In this document: piece after piece, positions 39,260-51,972 of the stretch | Layout of the letters: every line of letters starts with the position of its first letter | Position numbering within the stretch: the stretch's first letter is position 1 | From: Isurus oxyrinchus | Lineage: Eukaryota | Length of the DNA stretch: 64,000 bases | Assembly (NCBI GenBank): GCA_026770705.1 | Contig: JANJGN010000009.1 | Coordinates: forward strand, 140,802,001-140,866,000 | Direction of reading: 5' to 3' | Made by a program: the position numbers and the translations under genes | The notes under the pieces: generated by a model | Told to the model about the DNA's origin: nothing | Seen by the model: the letters and a program-made list of their open reading frames with translations, nothing else | The model's database searches: none

Positions 39260-39488
39260 TAAATAAAAACAGAAAATGCTGGAAAAACTCAGCAGGTCTG
39301 GCAGCATCTGTGAGAGAGAAGCTGAGTTAACGTATGGCTCTTCCTCAGAGCTCTGCAGAGGAGTCATTTGGGCTCGAAACGCTAACGCTATTTCTCTCGC
39401 CACAGATGCTGCCAGACTTGCTGAGTTTCACTAGCATTTACTGTTTTTATTTCAGATTTCCAGCATCTGCAATATTTTGCTTTGATTT
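39260..39488. mobile_element. Palindromic head-to-head pair of PLE termini with hammerhead motifs
   Basis: Inverted arms centred on CAGAGCTCTG (39346-39355). 14-bp TSD AAGGTGATTTATCA (39246-39259) / AAGGTCATTTATCA (39489-39502), one mismatch. Confidence 0.85.
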
Positions 39489-41221
39489 AAGGTCATTTAT
39501 CAACTGTGTCATATTGATTATAAAATCACATACCTCTCCTATCAAAAATAGTCCTGGGAGATTTTGAAATTGCTGTACAGAGTCCTATTAGATGTCAAAA
39601 GACACAAAAATACAATAGAATTCAGTTTCTCTATAGGACCCTGTCAAATTTCTGTAGGGATATTACAAGAACATTACCACATCTTAAAGGATTATTCAAA
39701 TAGGATATCCTTGAGATATTTTAAGATCTATGCTATTCTTGGAATTGGGTGGTGTATTAGGAAAGAACACAATCCTTTTCATCTGTGAACTAGATTTGAA
39801 TCCAAGCCAGCCTGATGGGATGAAAGATTCCTCTCTCTGCTGTCTGGAAAGGTCCTAAGCCAATTAAGTTTGGGAAGACTTTAACCATTTCTAAATGGAT
39901 ACAAGTTAACAATATAAATGTGCCAACATTTAAAAAGTAATTTCATTTGGAGGAACCATAAAGACAAATGAAGCGGTGCAGTAGCAAACACTTTCTTGAG
40001 ACTGGGGATAAAGCATAGTTCTGAGGAGGAACAGAAGTAATTTTACCCCAAATTGTAATTTATCTCAGGAATGCATGACAGCTACACGTTAGAGTAAGCA
40101 GTACTTACACTATTCCCAAAAAAGGTATCATGCTTGAAGGTCGTTGAAACACTGAAAAAAAGCTACTTGAAATTTTTTTGAAATATGCCTATGATTATTA
40201 AGGGAATCTGAATTTATCTTAATATGATTCTAGTTCAAGCCTTTTCCCTTGAACTGGACAAGTTACATGCAGAGAATATAGAGTATGAAACTCTCGGTTG
40301 TTGTTTAATATGCAACCACACTCATTAAATCAACATGCAGTGAAGAAGGTAGTCGCCTGGGACTTAAATTAATTATTTAGCATTGTAATAGTGTATCCAA
40401 CAAGAGGTGAAGTAACATGAAATAGGCATCTCTGTACAATCCTGGAACTGCAGAACAAGGATGCAGTTTAAATAGATTACAATTAAATGTTTTTAGTTTA
40501 TAAATAGCTTGTGTTCCAACATTTTACACTTTAAAATATTCATGTTTGCAGGAAATCGTATGTTCAATAAATCTTAGTGAATCTGAACAGAAATATACTG
40601 TAAAGCAAAGCATTTTCATAGAGATAACTACGGATTGTACAAGATTTAACACTGAAATACATTGTCATGCCATTTTGGTAAAATTTTCATACTAATTATT
40701 ATTACTCATTAAATATACATTTCAATACTTTTTCTTAAAGAGGTCAAATGAGAACAGGCTGCTTCATATAACAACAGGATGTTGAAATTCAACATTCCCT
40801 TTAGCAGAGCGATGCTAATGTAAATCCTGACCTGTCCATCTTCCACATCAAAGGATTATGTTTTTTGGCACATGACAGCATGCCATTTTATAATCAACAA
40901 AGCAGTCTGCAAATTTATGGGCAAAGAATTCTATTCATTACTGCACTATTATAAAATATTGATGCTAAATATTTATGATGTTCTGGTATGTGTAGCAAGT
41001 CAGTTTAAAATTCCCTTCCTATGGCATACATAGACAATATTTCAAAATGGTAATGCAATATTATAGCTCACAAGGGACAAAGCTAACAGCAAGTTATAGG
41101 CTCTTTCATACAAGACCTGGTGTTAGAATCCAGGCTCAGTATTTGACCACATGATATCTGATTCAGCACTGACTTTTATACCAATTTTATATTTTTACCA
41201 ATAATCTTTATACCAATAGCA

Positions 41222-41700
41222 GAAATTAAGAAATTGCATTTATGTGGTGTCTTTAATGAGGAAGAGAGTCCCAAAGGCACTTTACAGTGGAACAAAGAAA
41301 CAGATCCTGAGTTTTAGTGGAAAATTAAGAAGGAGGTCACTATGGTTGATGAGCTAAATTTTTAGAAGGCTGAGGGGAAAGGGTTGAGTTGTCTGAAGTC
41401 TCCATCACCGCTGACAGATTAGAAGGAAGGGGGTGAATGCATAAAAGCATACAGTCAGAGGAAATTGTAAAAGGGTGAGGTGGAGGAGGCTGAAGGGGTT
41501 GAGTGAGGAAAGGCCAAAGAGTGTTTTATAAATGAGGAGATGAATGTTAAATTTGATGTATTAGAGAATGTTGAGTTGGGGTAGATCAGTAAGGATGAGG
41601 GTGATGGACAAGTAGGACTTTGTCGAGAATAGAATGCAAATGGCTGAGTTCTGGGCAAGTGAGTTACGAACAGAGGTGGCCGGTGTTGTATAGGTGGAAG
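41222..41700 (-). mobile_element. Decayed L2-like LINE 3' end
   Basis: AAGAAATTGCATTTATGTGGTGTCTTTAATGAG tail and purine-rich body, complementary in style to 49800-50280. Confidence 0.5.
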
Positions 41701-41739
41701 TAATTGGTTTTGGCAATTCGAAAGATAGTGACTGCAAAA

Positions 41740-44700
41740 TTCAGCTCCCTAGTGCCTTTTTGCTTTCAAAATGGCATCCATGGCTTGCACACATTTCCGG
41801 TGTTAGCAGTGCAGGCGCCATGTAGACAAGGGCATTAGTACGTGTACAGGGAGCAACCACCAGAAGTATGCAGGCTAGGTAGATGGTGACTTCAATCAAT
41901 ATGTAGTTGATCTGATGCTAGCAGTGTCATTTTGGAGCTCAGTGCTGCAACTAATACCCTCTCTTAAATATGCACAGCTGGACATGTGCTCAACAGTAGG
42001 CAGGATCCCTTCACCTCCAACCTCCACCATACTTTTAATACAAGGCGTGCTGCCACTCCATGTTATCGAACAGACCTTTAAAACGCTTAAACAGTTGGAA
42101 TGCTCTGGAGAAGCCCTACAGTACTAAGCAGAGTGCATGCCAAGATTCATGGTGGTCTGCTGCATGCTTGCCATCATGACAGCATATCTCTTACTACCAA
42201 CTATATGGCCACCATCTGAGGAGGAGGAGGAGGAGCTCAGCACAGTCTTTTTCTGGCTGGGTTCTCTATGGCTCGTTAATTTGACAGTGATACCAGTAAG
42301 CACAACTCCAGTTCCCCATACACTTGCAATCCCATACCTTACCATCTCCCTGTTACTGATCATTGTAGCAATTTTGGCATCAATGCAAAAACAAATGGCA
42401 CCACAAAGTTAACAGATCAAACTGAATTTTTAAAAAACTCAAACCATCCCATATTGCAAACAAAGAAAAACTAATCACCTTTGTGCATTCGCTTGGTGCC
42501 TAATTTCTGTGTGCCGTTGCTTGTCCTATGCTTCTATGCAGTGCTACCCCAACGGCTTTGGAGGTTGACTGTTAGTGGACAAAAATCCCGATGGCCTTGG
42601 AGGCCACACTTAAGCAATCTGGCCCGAGAACTGCACCGCCTTGACGTTGGCGGCAGCTGTCTGGACTGGCTTTCTGACAGGCAACAGTGAGGTCACTGGT
42701 GGAATGGCATTGACGGGGGGACAAATGTCGTTATCCTGAAAAAGGACAGCAAGTTCCACAGGGCCTCCTGCCACTATGCCGGGATGGAACATCAGCAATC
42801 CTCGTAATTTGTTTGAGGACAGAATGCCACACTGGCTGCGATACCCTGCAGGCCCCTTTTGAACACTGATCAGCACTGGTCAGAGCTTGCCTGCCAACTA
42901 GTTCAGCTTGCATGACCTCATTCTGAGCTTCCACTGCAGCACCTGGACACTGGGTGTCCTTTGCCTGTACTGTAATGAAAGCTGAGAAATTGGTCATCAG
43001 ACACTGCATCACGGTTGGGTCTGCAAGTGTGTTAATGGAGTTGGCCACTTCAAATTTTTTATTCATTCAGGGGATGAAAGTGGTCATCTCTGGCTAGACC
43101 AGCAATTATTGCCGGTCCCTAGTTGCCCTTGAGAAGGTGGTGGGGAGCTGCCTTCTTGAACTGCTGCAGTCCACGTGGTGTAGATACACCCACAGTGCTG
43201 TTGGGAAGTGAGTTCCAGGATTTTGACCCAGTGACAGTGATGGAACGGCGATATATTTCCAAGTCAGGATGGTGAGTGACTTGGAGGGGCACTTCCAGGT
43301 GGTGGTGTTCCCATCTATCTGCTGCCCTTGTCCTTCTAGATGGTAGTGGTCATGAGTTTGGAAAGTGTTGTCTCAGGAGCCTTGGTGAATTCCTGCTGTG
43401 CATCTTGGCAGATGTGTGTCTGTGGTGGAGGGAGTGAATATGTGAGGAAGGGGTGCCAATCAAGTGGGCAGCTTTGTCCTGGATGGTGTCAAGCTTCTTG
43501 AGTGCTGTGGGTGCTGCAGTCATCCGGGCAAGTGGAGAGTATTCTGTCACACCCCTGATTTGTGCCTTGTAGATGGTGGACAGGCTTTGGGAAGTCAAGA
43601 GGTGCATTAATCGTCACACAATTCCTAGCCTCTGACCTGCTTTTGTAGCCACAGTATTTATATGGCTAGTCCAGTTCAGTTTCTGGTCAATGGTAACCCC
43701 CAGGATGTTGATAGTGGGGGATTCAGTGATGGTAATGCCATTGAACATCAAGGGGTGATGGTTGGATTCTCTCTTGTTGGAGATGGTTATTGCCTGGTAC
43801 TTGTGTGGCGTGAATGTTACTTGTCACTTGTCAGCCCAAGCCCGTATATTGTCCAGGTTTTGCTGCATTTGGACATGGACTGCTTCAGTATCAGAGGACT
43901 CGCGAATGGTGCTGAACATTGTGCGATCATCAGCAAACATCTCCGCTCCTCACCTTATGATGGAAGGAAGGTAGGTCATTGATGAAGCAGCTGAAGATGG
44001 TTGGTCCGGGGACACTACCCTGAGGAACTCCTGCAGTGACGTCCTGGAGCTGACGTGACTGACCTCCAAAAACCACAAGCATCTTCCTTTGTGCTAGGTA
44101 TACCTCCAACCAGTGGAGAGCTTTCCCCCGATTCCCATTGACTTCAGTTTTGCTAGGGCTCCTTGATGCCACACTCGGTCAAATGTGGCCTTGATGTCAA
44201 GGGCAGTCACTCTCACCTCACCTCGGGAGTTCAACTCTTTTACCCATGTTTGAACCAAGACTGTGATGAGGTCAGGAGCTGAGTGGCCCTGGCGGAACCC
44301 AAACTGGGTGTCAGTGAGCAGGTTATTGCTAAGCAAGTGAAGCTTGATAGCACTGTTGATGATCCCTTCCATTAATTTACTGATGATGGAGAGTAGACTG
44401 ATGGGGCTGTAATTGGCCGGGTGGATTTGTCCTGTTTTTTGTGTACAGGATATATCTGAGCAATTTTCCACATAGCCGGTTAGATGCCAGTGTTGTAGCT
44501 GTACTGGAACAGTTTGGCTAGGAGTGCAGCAAGTTCTGGAGCACAAGTGTTTAGTACAATTGCCGAATGTTGTCAGGGCCCATAGCCTTTGCAATATCCA
44601 GTGCCTTAGCAGTTTCTTGATATCATGTGGAGTGAATTGAATTGGCTGAAGACTGGCATCTATGATGCTGGGGACCTCCGGATGGCTCATCCACTTGGCA

Positions 44701-45410
44701 CTTCTGGCTGAAGATTGTAGCAAATGCTGTAGCCTTATCCTTTGCACTGATGTGCTGGGCTCCTCCATCATTGAGGATGGGGATATTTGTGGAGCCTCCT
44801 CCTCCAGTGAGTTGTTTAATTGTCCACCACCATTCATAACTGAATGTGGCAGGACTGCAGAGCTTAGGTCTGATCCATTGGTTGTGGGATCGCTTCACGT
44901 TGTCTATCACTTGTGCTTATGTGTTTGGCACACAAGTAGTCCTGTGTTATAGCTTCACAGGGTTGGCACCTTATTTTTAGGTATTCCTGTTGCTGCTCCT
45001 GGCAATCCCTCCTGCACTCTTCATTGAACCAGGGTTGATACCCTGGCTTGATGGTAATGTTAGAGTGGGGGATATGATGGGCCATAGTGATACAGATTGG
45101 CCGATGGCCCACAGCACCTCATGGATGCCCAGACTTAAGTTGCTATTTCTGTTTGAAATCTATCCCATTTAGCACGGTGGGAGTGCCACACAACACAATG
45201 GAGGGTATCCTCAATGTGAAGGCAGGACTTTGTCTCCACAACGTCTGTGCAGTGATCATACCTACCGGTACTGTCATGGACAGATGCATCTGCAGCAGGC
45301 ACTTTGGTGAGGATAAATTACCAGGCAGGAGAAATTTTGCAACAGGCATTAGTTAACCAAGCATTGTGATTCCCATGCCCATTTTCAGGGCTTATACAAT
45401 TCTGCGGCCA
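41740..45410. mobile_element. Internally deleted Harbinger relic hosting a LINE insertion (boundaries approximate)
   Basis: Plus-strand transposase tail GEALQY*AECMPRFMVVCCML plus acidic run (~42105-42240). Region 42450-43050 resembles the Myb-gene 3' portion at 12590-12900. Confidence 0.5.
43055..45320 (-). mobile_element. 5'-truncated CR1-group LINE (second family)
   Basis: RT motifs PANYSPISLLSIISK, QFGFRQGHSAPDL, ALDIKATFDRVWHQG, AGVPQGSVPGP; upstream PWFNEECR; poly-A/ATGA tail. Confidence 0.92.
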
Positions 45411-46422
45411 TTGAGTTTAAACTTCCACTGTTGGTCAAGTAGAACATGGAGGTTGTGCAAATCCTGGGTCAATGTGAGTGAAAATCGATGATATGGATGG
45501 AGTTAATGCTGAAGGAACAGAGTTTATGATGGTAGCTGAAAGAGTAAGCTGTGACTTTTCCACAATCTGATGCCAGACATGTAATAGGGAATTAGTGACA
45601 GGCAGGACAGAACAGCCCTGACAGAATAGAAGGAGTTATTGGGTGAAGGGAAATAATGGGTCGATCTGCTGTCATCAATCTACACATGAAAGAAAGAACA
45701 ACAAAGAACAACATGTATGATGTAGGAAACTTGGAGAGATTCCAGGCATGACTGTGGTTTTCGGTGAGAGAGAAAACAATTACTGTAGAAAGATGGCTTT
45801 TTGGGACATGTAGACAAGCAAGGGGCAACCCAGAACTGGAAGATTCTTCCATGCTCAATCTCCCCCCTTTTCCTCTGATGTGAATAGATTACCGTATGTT
45901 GGGGTGTGGCTCCAGTGGCTTGACAACTATTGGCAACTTCAGCATCACACCAGTGGTCTGTCTTTGTATGTGAGTTTGGAGAATAATTATCACGTGGGGC
46001 ACTGTGGTGTGCCACAGCTGAATTGGCTTATTTTCACTAAAAATCCACACACTAAATGCTTTTTAGCAAAAGTCGCAGGATAATAATCAGGATTTAAAAC
46101 CATTGATTGATAATCTCCACCCTAAGTAAAAGCTACTCAATTGCAATAGTGGTTCTGAGGACCAGGATCAAATCTGAACCTTTGTTGATCTCCATGATCC
46201 CCTGAGATGTCAAAGGAACTACAAAGTGGTTACAGCTTCCTGTTTGCAAGAATGGCATTGCCATATACAGACTGACTTCAAAGTGCGGTAAGGGCCTGCA
46301 AGTTTACTTATAGTGACAGAATCATATGAAGTAGGAACGTATTACATTCAGTTCTTTCTCTGTGCTCATCTTGCTAACTTCACTTGGGGCTAGGAGGGTG
46401 CAATCAGGCTTGGTGATGATCT

Positions 46423-48500
46423 GAGCAAAAAGCAAAATACTGCGGATGCTGGAAATCCGAAACAAAAAACAGAAAATGCTGGAAAAACTCAGCAGATCTG
46501 TCAGCATCTGTGGGGAGAGAAAGAGTTGACATTTTGAATCTGTATGACCCTTCTTCAGAGCTAAAGAGAAGGAGAAATGTTATGAAATTTATACTGTTTA
46601 AGGGGGGGTGGAGCAGCTAAAGCTGGATAGAGGGCCAGTGATAGGTGGGGGCAAAAGAGAGATTGACAAAGATGCCATGGACAAAAAGGGGAGTGTTCAT
46701 GGGCTAAAAAAGGTGCTGATGTGGTAAAGGTATGAAAGCAGAATATGATAATAGCAGAGCAAGGATAAGCACTCTGAAAAGAACAACATGGAACAAGTAA
46801 CAGATGGCCCTTGTGGGGGTGGGGTGGGGTGGGGTGGAGGGAGGGGGCAGTGGATAGAAGGATTGAAAATGGGATAAAAAGGGGGTTAAAAAGTGATAAA
46901 ACAATGAATAAATAAATAGAAATAAAAATAAATAAAAATAAGTAGATAAAAAATAAAAATTAATTTTGAAAAAGGGGATAAAAAAGGAATGAAGTTAGAG
47001 GAGAGTTATGGTCTGAATTTGTTGAACTCAGTGTTAAGTGCGGAAGGCTGTAAAGTGCCTAGTCGGAAGATTAGCTTTACTGGAACATTGCAGCAGGCCA
47101 AGGACAGACATGTGGGCATGAGAGCAGGATGGTGCGTTGAAATGGCAAGTGATGGGAAGGCCTGGGTCATGCTTGTGGACAAACTGAAGGTGTTCCGCAA
47201 AGTGGTCACCCAGTCTGCGTTTGGTCTCCCCAATGTAGGAGACACCGCACTGGGAGCAGCAAATATAGTAGATCAAATTGAAGGAGGTGCAAGTGAAGCG
47301 CTGCTTCACCTGATGGGAATGTTTGGACCCTTGGAAGGTGAGAAGGGAGGAGGTAAATGGGCAGATGTTGCACCTTCTGCAATTGCTTGGGAAGTTGCCG
47401 TGGGAAGGGGATGAGGTGTTGGGGGTGATGGAGGAATGGAGCAGGGTGTCCTGCAGGGAATGGTCCTTATGGAATGCTGAGAGTGGGGGTGAGGGAAGAT
47501 GTGTTTGGTGGTGGCATCATGCTGGAGTTGGCAGAAATAGCAGAGGATGATCCTTTGAATGCAGAGGCTAGTGGGGTAAAAAGTGAGGACAAGGGGGACT
47601 CTATTCATGATCCTGGGAGGGAGAGGAAGGTGTGAGGGCAGAGGCATAGTGAATGGGTCGGACTTGGTTGAGGGTCCTGTCAACCACAGCGGGTGGGAAA
47701 CCTTGGTTAAGGGAGAAGAGAGTCATGTCAGAAGTGTTGTTTTGGAAAGTGTATTCATCGGAACAGATGCGATGGAGGTGAAGAAACTGAGAGAATGGGA
47801 TGGAGTCCTTATAGGAAGCAAGGTGTGAGGAGCTATAGTCGAGGTATCTGTGGGAGTCGGTGGGCTTATAATGAATATTGGTGGACAGTCTATCACCAGA
47901 AATGGAGACAGAGAGGTCAAGAAATGGAAGGCAAGTGTCAGAGATGGACCATGTGAAGGTGATAGAGGGGTGGAAATTGGAAGCAAAATGAATTCAATTT
48001 TTCCAGGTCCAGACGAAAGCATGAAGCGGCACTTTTTATTTTATTTTTTCAAATTTTTATTCATTTATTCATTGTTTTATTCCCTTTTTATCCCCCTTTT
48101 TATCCCATTTTCAATCCTTCTTTCCCCACCACTGCCCCATCCCCCACCCCACCTCCCTCAAGGGCCATCCATTACTTGTTCATGTTGTTCTTTTCAGAGT
48201 GCTTACCCTTGTTCAGCTATTATCACATCCTGCTTTCTTACCTTTGCCTCTATCAGCACCTTTTTTAGCCCTTACTCCCTTTGTCCTTTCGTCCATGACA
48301 TCTTTGTCAATTCCTCCTTTGTCCCCACCTATCACTGGCCTTCTATCCAGCTTCAACTGCTCCACCCCTCTTAAACAGTATAAATTTCATCACATTTCTA
48401 CTTCCCTTTAGCTCTGAAGAAGAGTCATACGGGCTCAAAATCTTAACTCTGTTTCTCTCTCCACAGACCTGCTGAGTTTTTCCTGCATTTTCTGTTTTTG
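46423..48500 (-). mobile_element. Penelope-like element with inverted pLTRs
   Basis: Minus-strand GIY-YIG (CSQCGVSYIGETKRRLGDHFAEH) and RT C-terminus to ~48030, then an inverted copy of the ~470-bp terminus. 13-bp TSD TTGGTGATGATCT (46410-46422) / TTGGTGGTGATCT (48501-48513). Confidence 0.92.
48410..48448 (+). ncRNA. Decayed hammerhead ribozyme motif in PLE terminus
   Basis: AGCT-CTGAAGA-A-GAGTC-ATACG-GGCTC-AAAA-TCTT-AACT; GAAA has become AAAA, consistent with CpG decay. Confidence 0.45.
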
Positions 48501-49809
48501 TTGGTGGTGATCTACATGGGGTCAAATAGCCAAATTATCAGCAAGTTTTTGAAGGGAAAGCCGACTTCTGTGCGGAAAAGCACCCAGACAAGGAGTAGAC
48601 ATGTACCTTTAGGGGAATGGAGGAATGGAAAAAATTGGCAACGGTAAAAACATTACAGCAATATGCACTGTTCCAGAGTCAGACCCATCATGAAAGTGAA
48701 CCCAAAGGGTGAGCTTATTTCATGCCAGGATCAATTCAGAATCCAGGGTTGACACAAATTATGCTTGTCAGCTGTACACTAGGTTACAGTAGATGTTGGA
48801 TCATTTCAACTTCCTCCGGCAACATAAGTGATCTCATTTATACCATCTTCTTGACAATAATTGTTCAAACAAAAATGAACAATTCAGAAGGAGATTGATA
48901 TGGCAACTATACTATTTAGGCCATTACTTAAAGAGAATGTACAGGGATCTGAGCTTGAGGTACTTATTTACTTAATCCACTTAGTATTTATAGCAGAATC
49001 TGATTGTCTCTGCCTTTGCCTGCCTTGTCCATTTAAATCTATCAGACTGTGATGATTATAGAACACTTAATGTGGAGTAATTAATGTACCTTTCCTTTAA
49101 GAGGAATTTTCCTCTATTATTAAAAAAGTTCACTTAATCAAAACCATTGCACAGACAAAACCCAGTTTTACCTTAGTCGACCCCTCCATCGCCGCTACTG
49201 CTTGTTTGACATCCAGTCCTGGATGAGGCAGAATTTCCTCCAATTAAACACCGAGGAGGCTGAAACTAACGTCTTTAGCTCCTGTCACAAACTTTGTTCA
49301 CTAACCTCTGACTCCATTCCCCTCCCTAGGCACTTAGATTGAGCAAGACAATTTGCAACCTTGTCATCATATAAGACCAGAGCTTAGCTTCTGACCCAAT
49401 TTCCTCCTGATCACAAAGACATCCTATTCTACCTTGCCCATATGTTCCACGGGCTGCAGTCCCTGCACTCCCCACCAACTGCCCCTCCACCCGTCCCCCA
49501 CCCTTCCAACACAAAGGTGGCCTGGCTGCAAAGGACATTTTTTTGTTTCAAACTTTAAAAAGTTGGAGAGAGGACACATCCATTTAGAAGAAACCTCTCT
49601 CTTTCACTTGTCCTGCTGTTGCTTTCAAGTTGGAAGGTTTTTGATTGTCCCTCAAGCTTTGAGAGCCCAGCAGCCATCCTTAAATGATCAGCAAGCCGGC
49701 TCCCTGACCATTAATTGGCTGCTCCAGGGAAAATCACATTGGGTATTGGCTTCTGACCCCCCATTTGCACCTGACAGCAGGGTTTTGAAGCTCGCAAGGA
49801 ATGTCTTAC

Positions 49810-50280
49810 CTTTCACCCATCTCCACTGCTGCATCAACCTGTTTACAGCTGAAACCCTCATATATGCCTCCAGACATAACTGCTCCAATGCTCCCCCATC
49901 TTTCATCCTTTATAAAACTGAAGTCATCCAAACCTCTGCGACCTTACTCTTACTCATATCAAAACTGGTTCATCCATTTCGCCTGTGCTTGCTGACCTAC
50001 TTTGGATTCCAATCCATCAATAGCTCAACTTTAAAATTCTCACCCTCGCAGTCAAATTCCTCCACAACCTAAAATTACCTTACTGAACCTTTCCGTCTCT
50101 CCACTTCCCCATCTCCTTTAAGATGTTCCTTACAACTTCTGGAGTCAATCTTTGGGTTACCTGTACAAATATCTCCTTAGGTTCTGTGCACACTTTTGTT
50201 TTTGATGACGTTTCTTTGAAGTACCTTGGGACATCTTGCGTCATTAAAGTTGCGGTATAAATGCAATTTGTTCTTGTAAT
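49810..50280 (+). mobile_element. Decayed L2-like LINE 3' end
   Basis: TAETLIYASRHNCSN-like ORF2 C-terminal remnant and ...TATAAATGCAATTTGTTCTTG tail. Confidence 0.55.
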
Positions 50281-50689
50281 AAATATTCAATTAGTATCCA
50301 TTCAATACATTTTCAAAAAATGCATTTATTTCCTAGCACAGAGTAAGGGGACGCATGGAGAGGAGGCTAGGGCAGTGAAAGACGTAGACAAAGTGTGTAG
50401 CTGGGAATTTGGTTCAGGTGGGAATTTGGTGCACAGGGGGAAAGGAGTGTTCCTTTTCTTTGCAACCCCCTGTAGTTGTTGACCTTTCTTCCTTTGTCTC
50501 CAAGCTGGTTGAATGCAACTTTCTATAACTTTATTTATGTAAGTTATTAACTAATGGACTAATTAAATAAAGTTGGACAGAATGGCAGGGCTGGTGGTGT
50601 GCTGTGGCTGCACCATGTGGGAATCTGGAATGCACTGCAATCCTGCACAACCATATCTGCACTTAAGTATTCGTAGCTTAGTCAACATT

Positions 50690-50868
50690 GTTTTTTTTTA
50701 AGTTCTTTCACAGGATGTGGGCATTGCTGGCCAGGCCAGCATTTATTGCTTTTCCCTGATTGTCCTTGAGTAGGTGGTGGCGAGCTGTCTTCTTGAACTA
50801 CTTCAGGCCATGTGTTGTAGGAACACCCACAGTGCTGTAAGGAAGGGATTCCCAGGATTTTGACCCAG
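50690..50868 (-). mobile_element. LINE 3' tail nested in CR1 ORF1
   Basis: Poly-T then GGATGTGGGCATTGCTGGCCAGGCCAGCATTTATTGC...GGATTTTGACCCAG; matches the 62755 tail. Confidence 0.85.
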
Positions 50869-51972
50869 AGTTGCTAAGCTGGAGTCTGAGTTGTGGACAT
50901 TGCAGGGAGGGGGAGAGTTATCTGGACACTTTGTTCCTGGGGACAGTCACATCCCTTATATTAGACAGAGCCTTGGAGTTCATCAATGGTTAGGGACAAG
51001 AGGGTGTGACTACGAGTCAGGCAGATATGGGGAATCAACATGTAGTGATGGAGGAGCCTCATCACCTTACTTTGCCCAACAGGTACGAGGAGCTTGCTAC
51101 CTGTGTGGATGGGAAGGACTGCAAGGTGGATGAGCGGACAGGCCATGGCACCATTATGAAGGATACCATTCAGGTGGGGGGAGCGAAGAGGAAGGTGGAA
51201 GTTATAGAAGGAAATTTAGTCAGGGGCTTGTTACCATTCTCTGTAGCTGCAACCGGAAGCTCTGAATGTTGTGTTGCCTGCTTGGTTGCCAGGGTTAAGG
51301 ACATCTCCTCGTGGCTGGTGGGGAACTTGAAGTGACAGGGGGAGGATCCAGTTGTTGTGGTCCACATGGAACCAACAACATAGGTAGAACAAGGAATGAT
51401 GTTGTAGAGAATTTGAGGAATTAGGGTCCAAATTAAAAAGCAGAACATCAAAGGTAATCATTTCTTGATTGTTGCCTGAGCCATGTGCCAAGAAGGGGTT
51501 TTGATTTGTGGGGCACTGGCATCAGTACTCAGGGAAGAATGAAATATTCTTTTGGGATGGGCTCCGCTTGAATCAGGCTGGGACAAATGTCCTGGCCAAT
51601 TGTATAATGCAGGCTGTGGACAGGGCTTTAAACTAGGCAGGGGGAGTGAGGAGAGTTCAGGTGAAGAGAGATTTGGAAATCAAAAGAGGGAGGTTGGGGC
51701 ATCAGAACTATATAGCAATGTGGGCAAAGACAAGCAGAATGGGACAGGAAGGATTTTTTAACAAAAACTGTACATTGGCAAATAAGGTCATTGCCAGGAA
51801 TAGAAGTAAAAAAAAATGAAAGGTTCTTTATCTTTATATTGCAAAGCAACTGCCATAAGATAGATGAACTAGCAGCACATATAGAGATAACTGATTTAGA
51901 ACTAATTGCCATTATGTGGATATGGTTACAAGGTGATCAAGGTTAGGAAATATATATTCCAGGGTACACAAA

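Noticed and set aside
42137-42412. Hydrophobic 91-aa ORF resembling a membrane protein
   Set aside because: Its start is the decayed Harbinger transposase tail (VVCCML plus acidic run); the rest is read-through.
3044-48500. Recurring GAAAAACTCAGCAGGTCTGGCAGCATC motif as a CRISPR-like array
   Set aside because: Copies are dispersed, in both orientations, and are PLE termini; no regular repeat-spacer structure and no cas genes.
49215-49275. Possible extra hammerhead (CTGGATGAG...TGAAAC)
   Set aside because: Core does not match CUGANGA and flanking stems cannot be formed convincingly.
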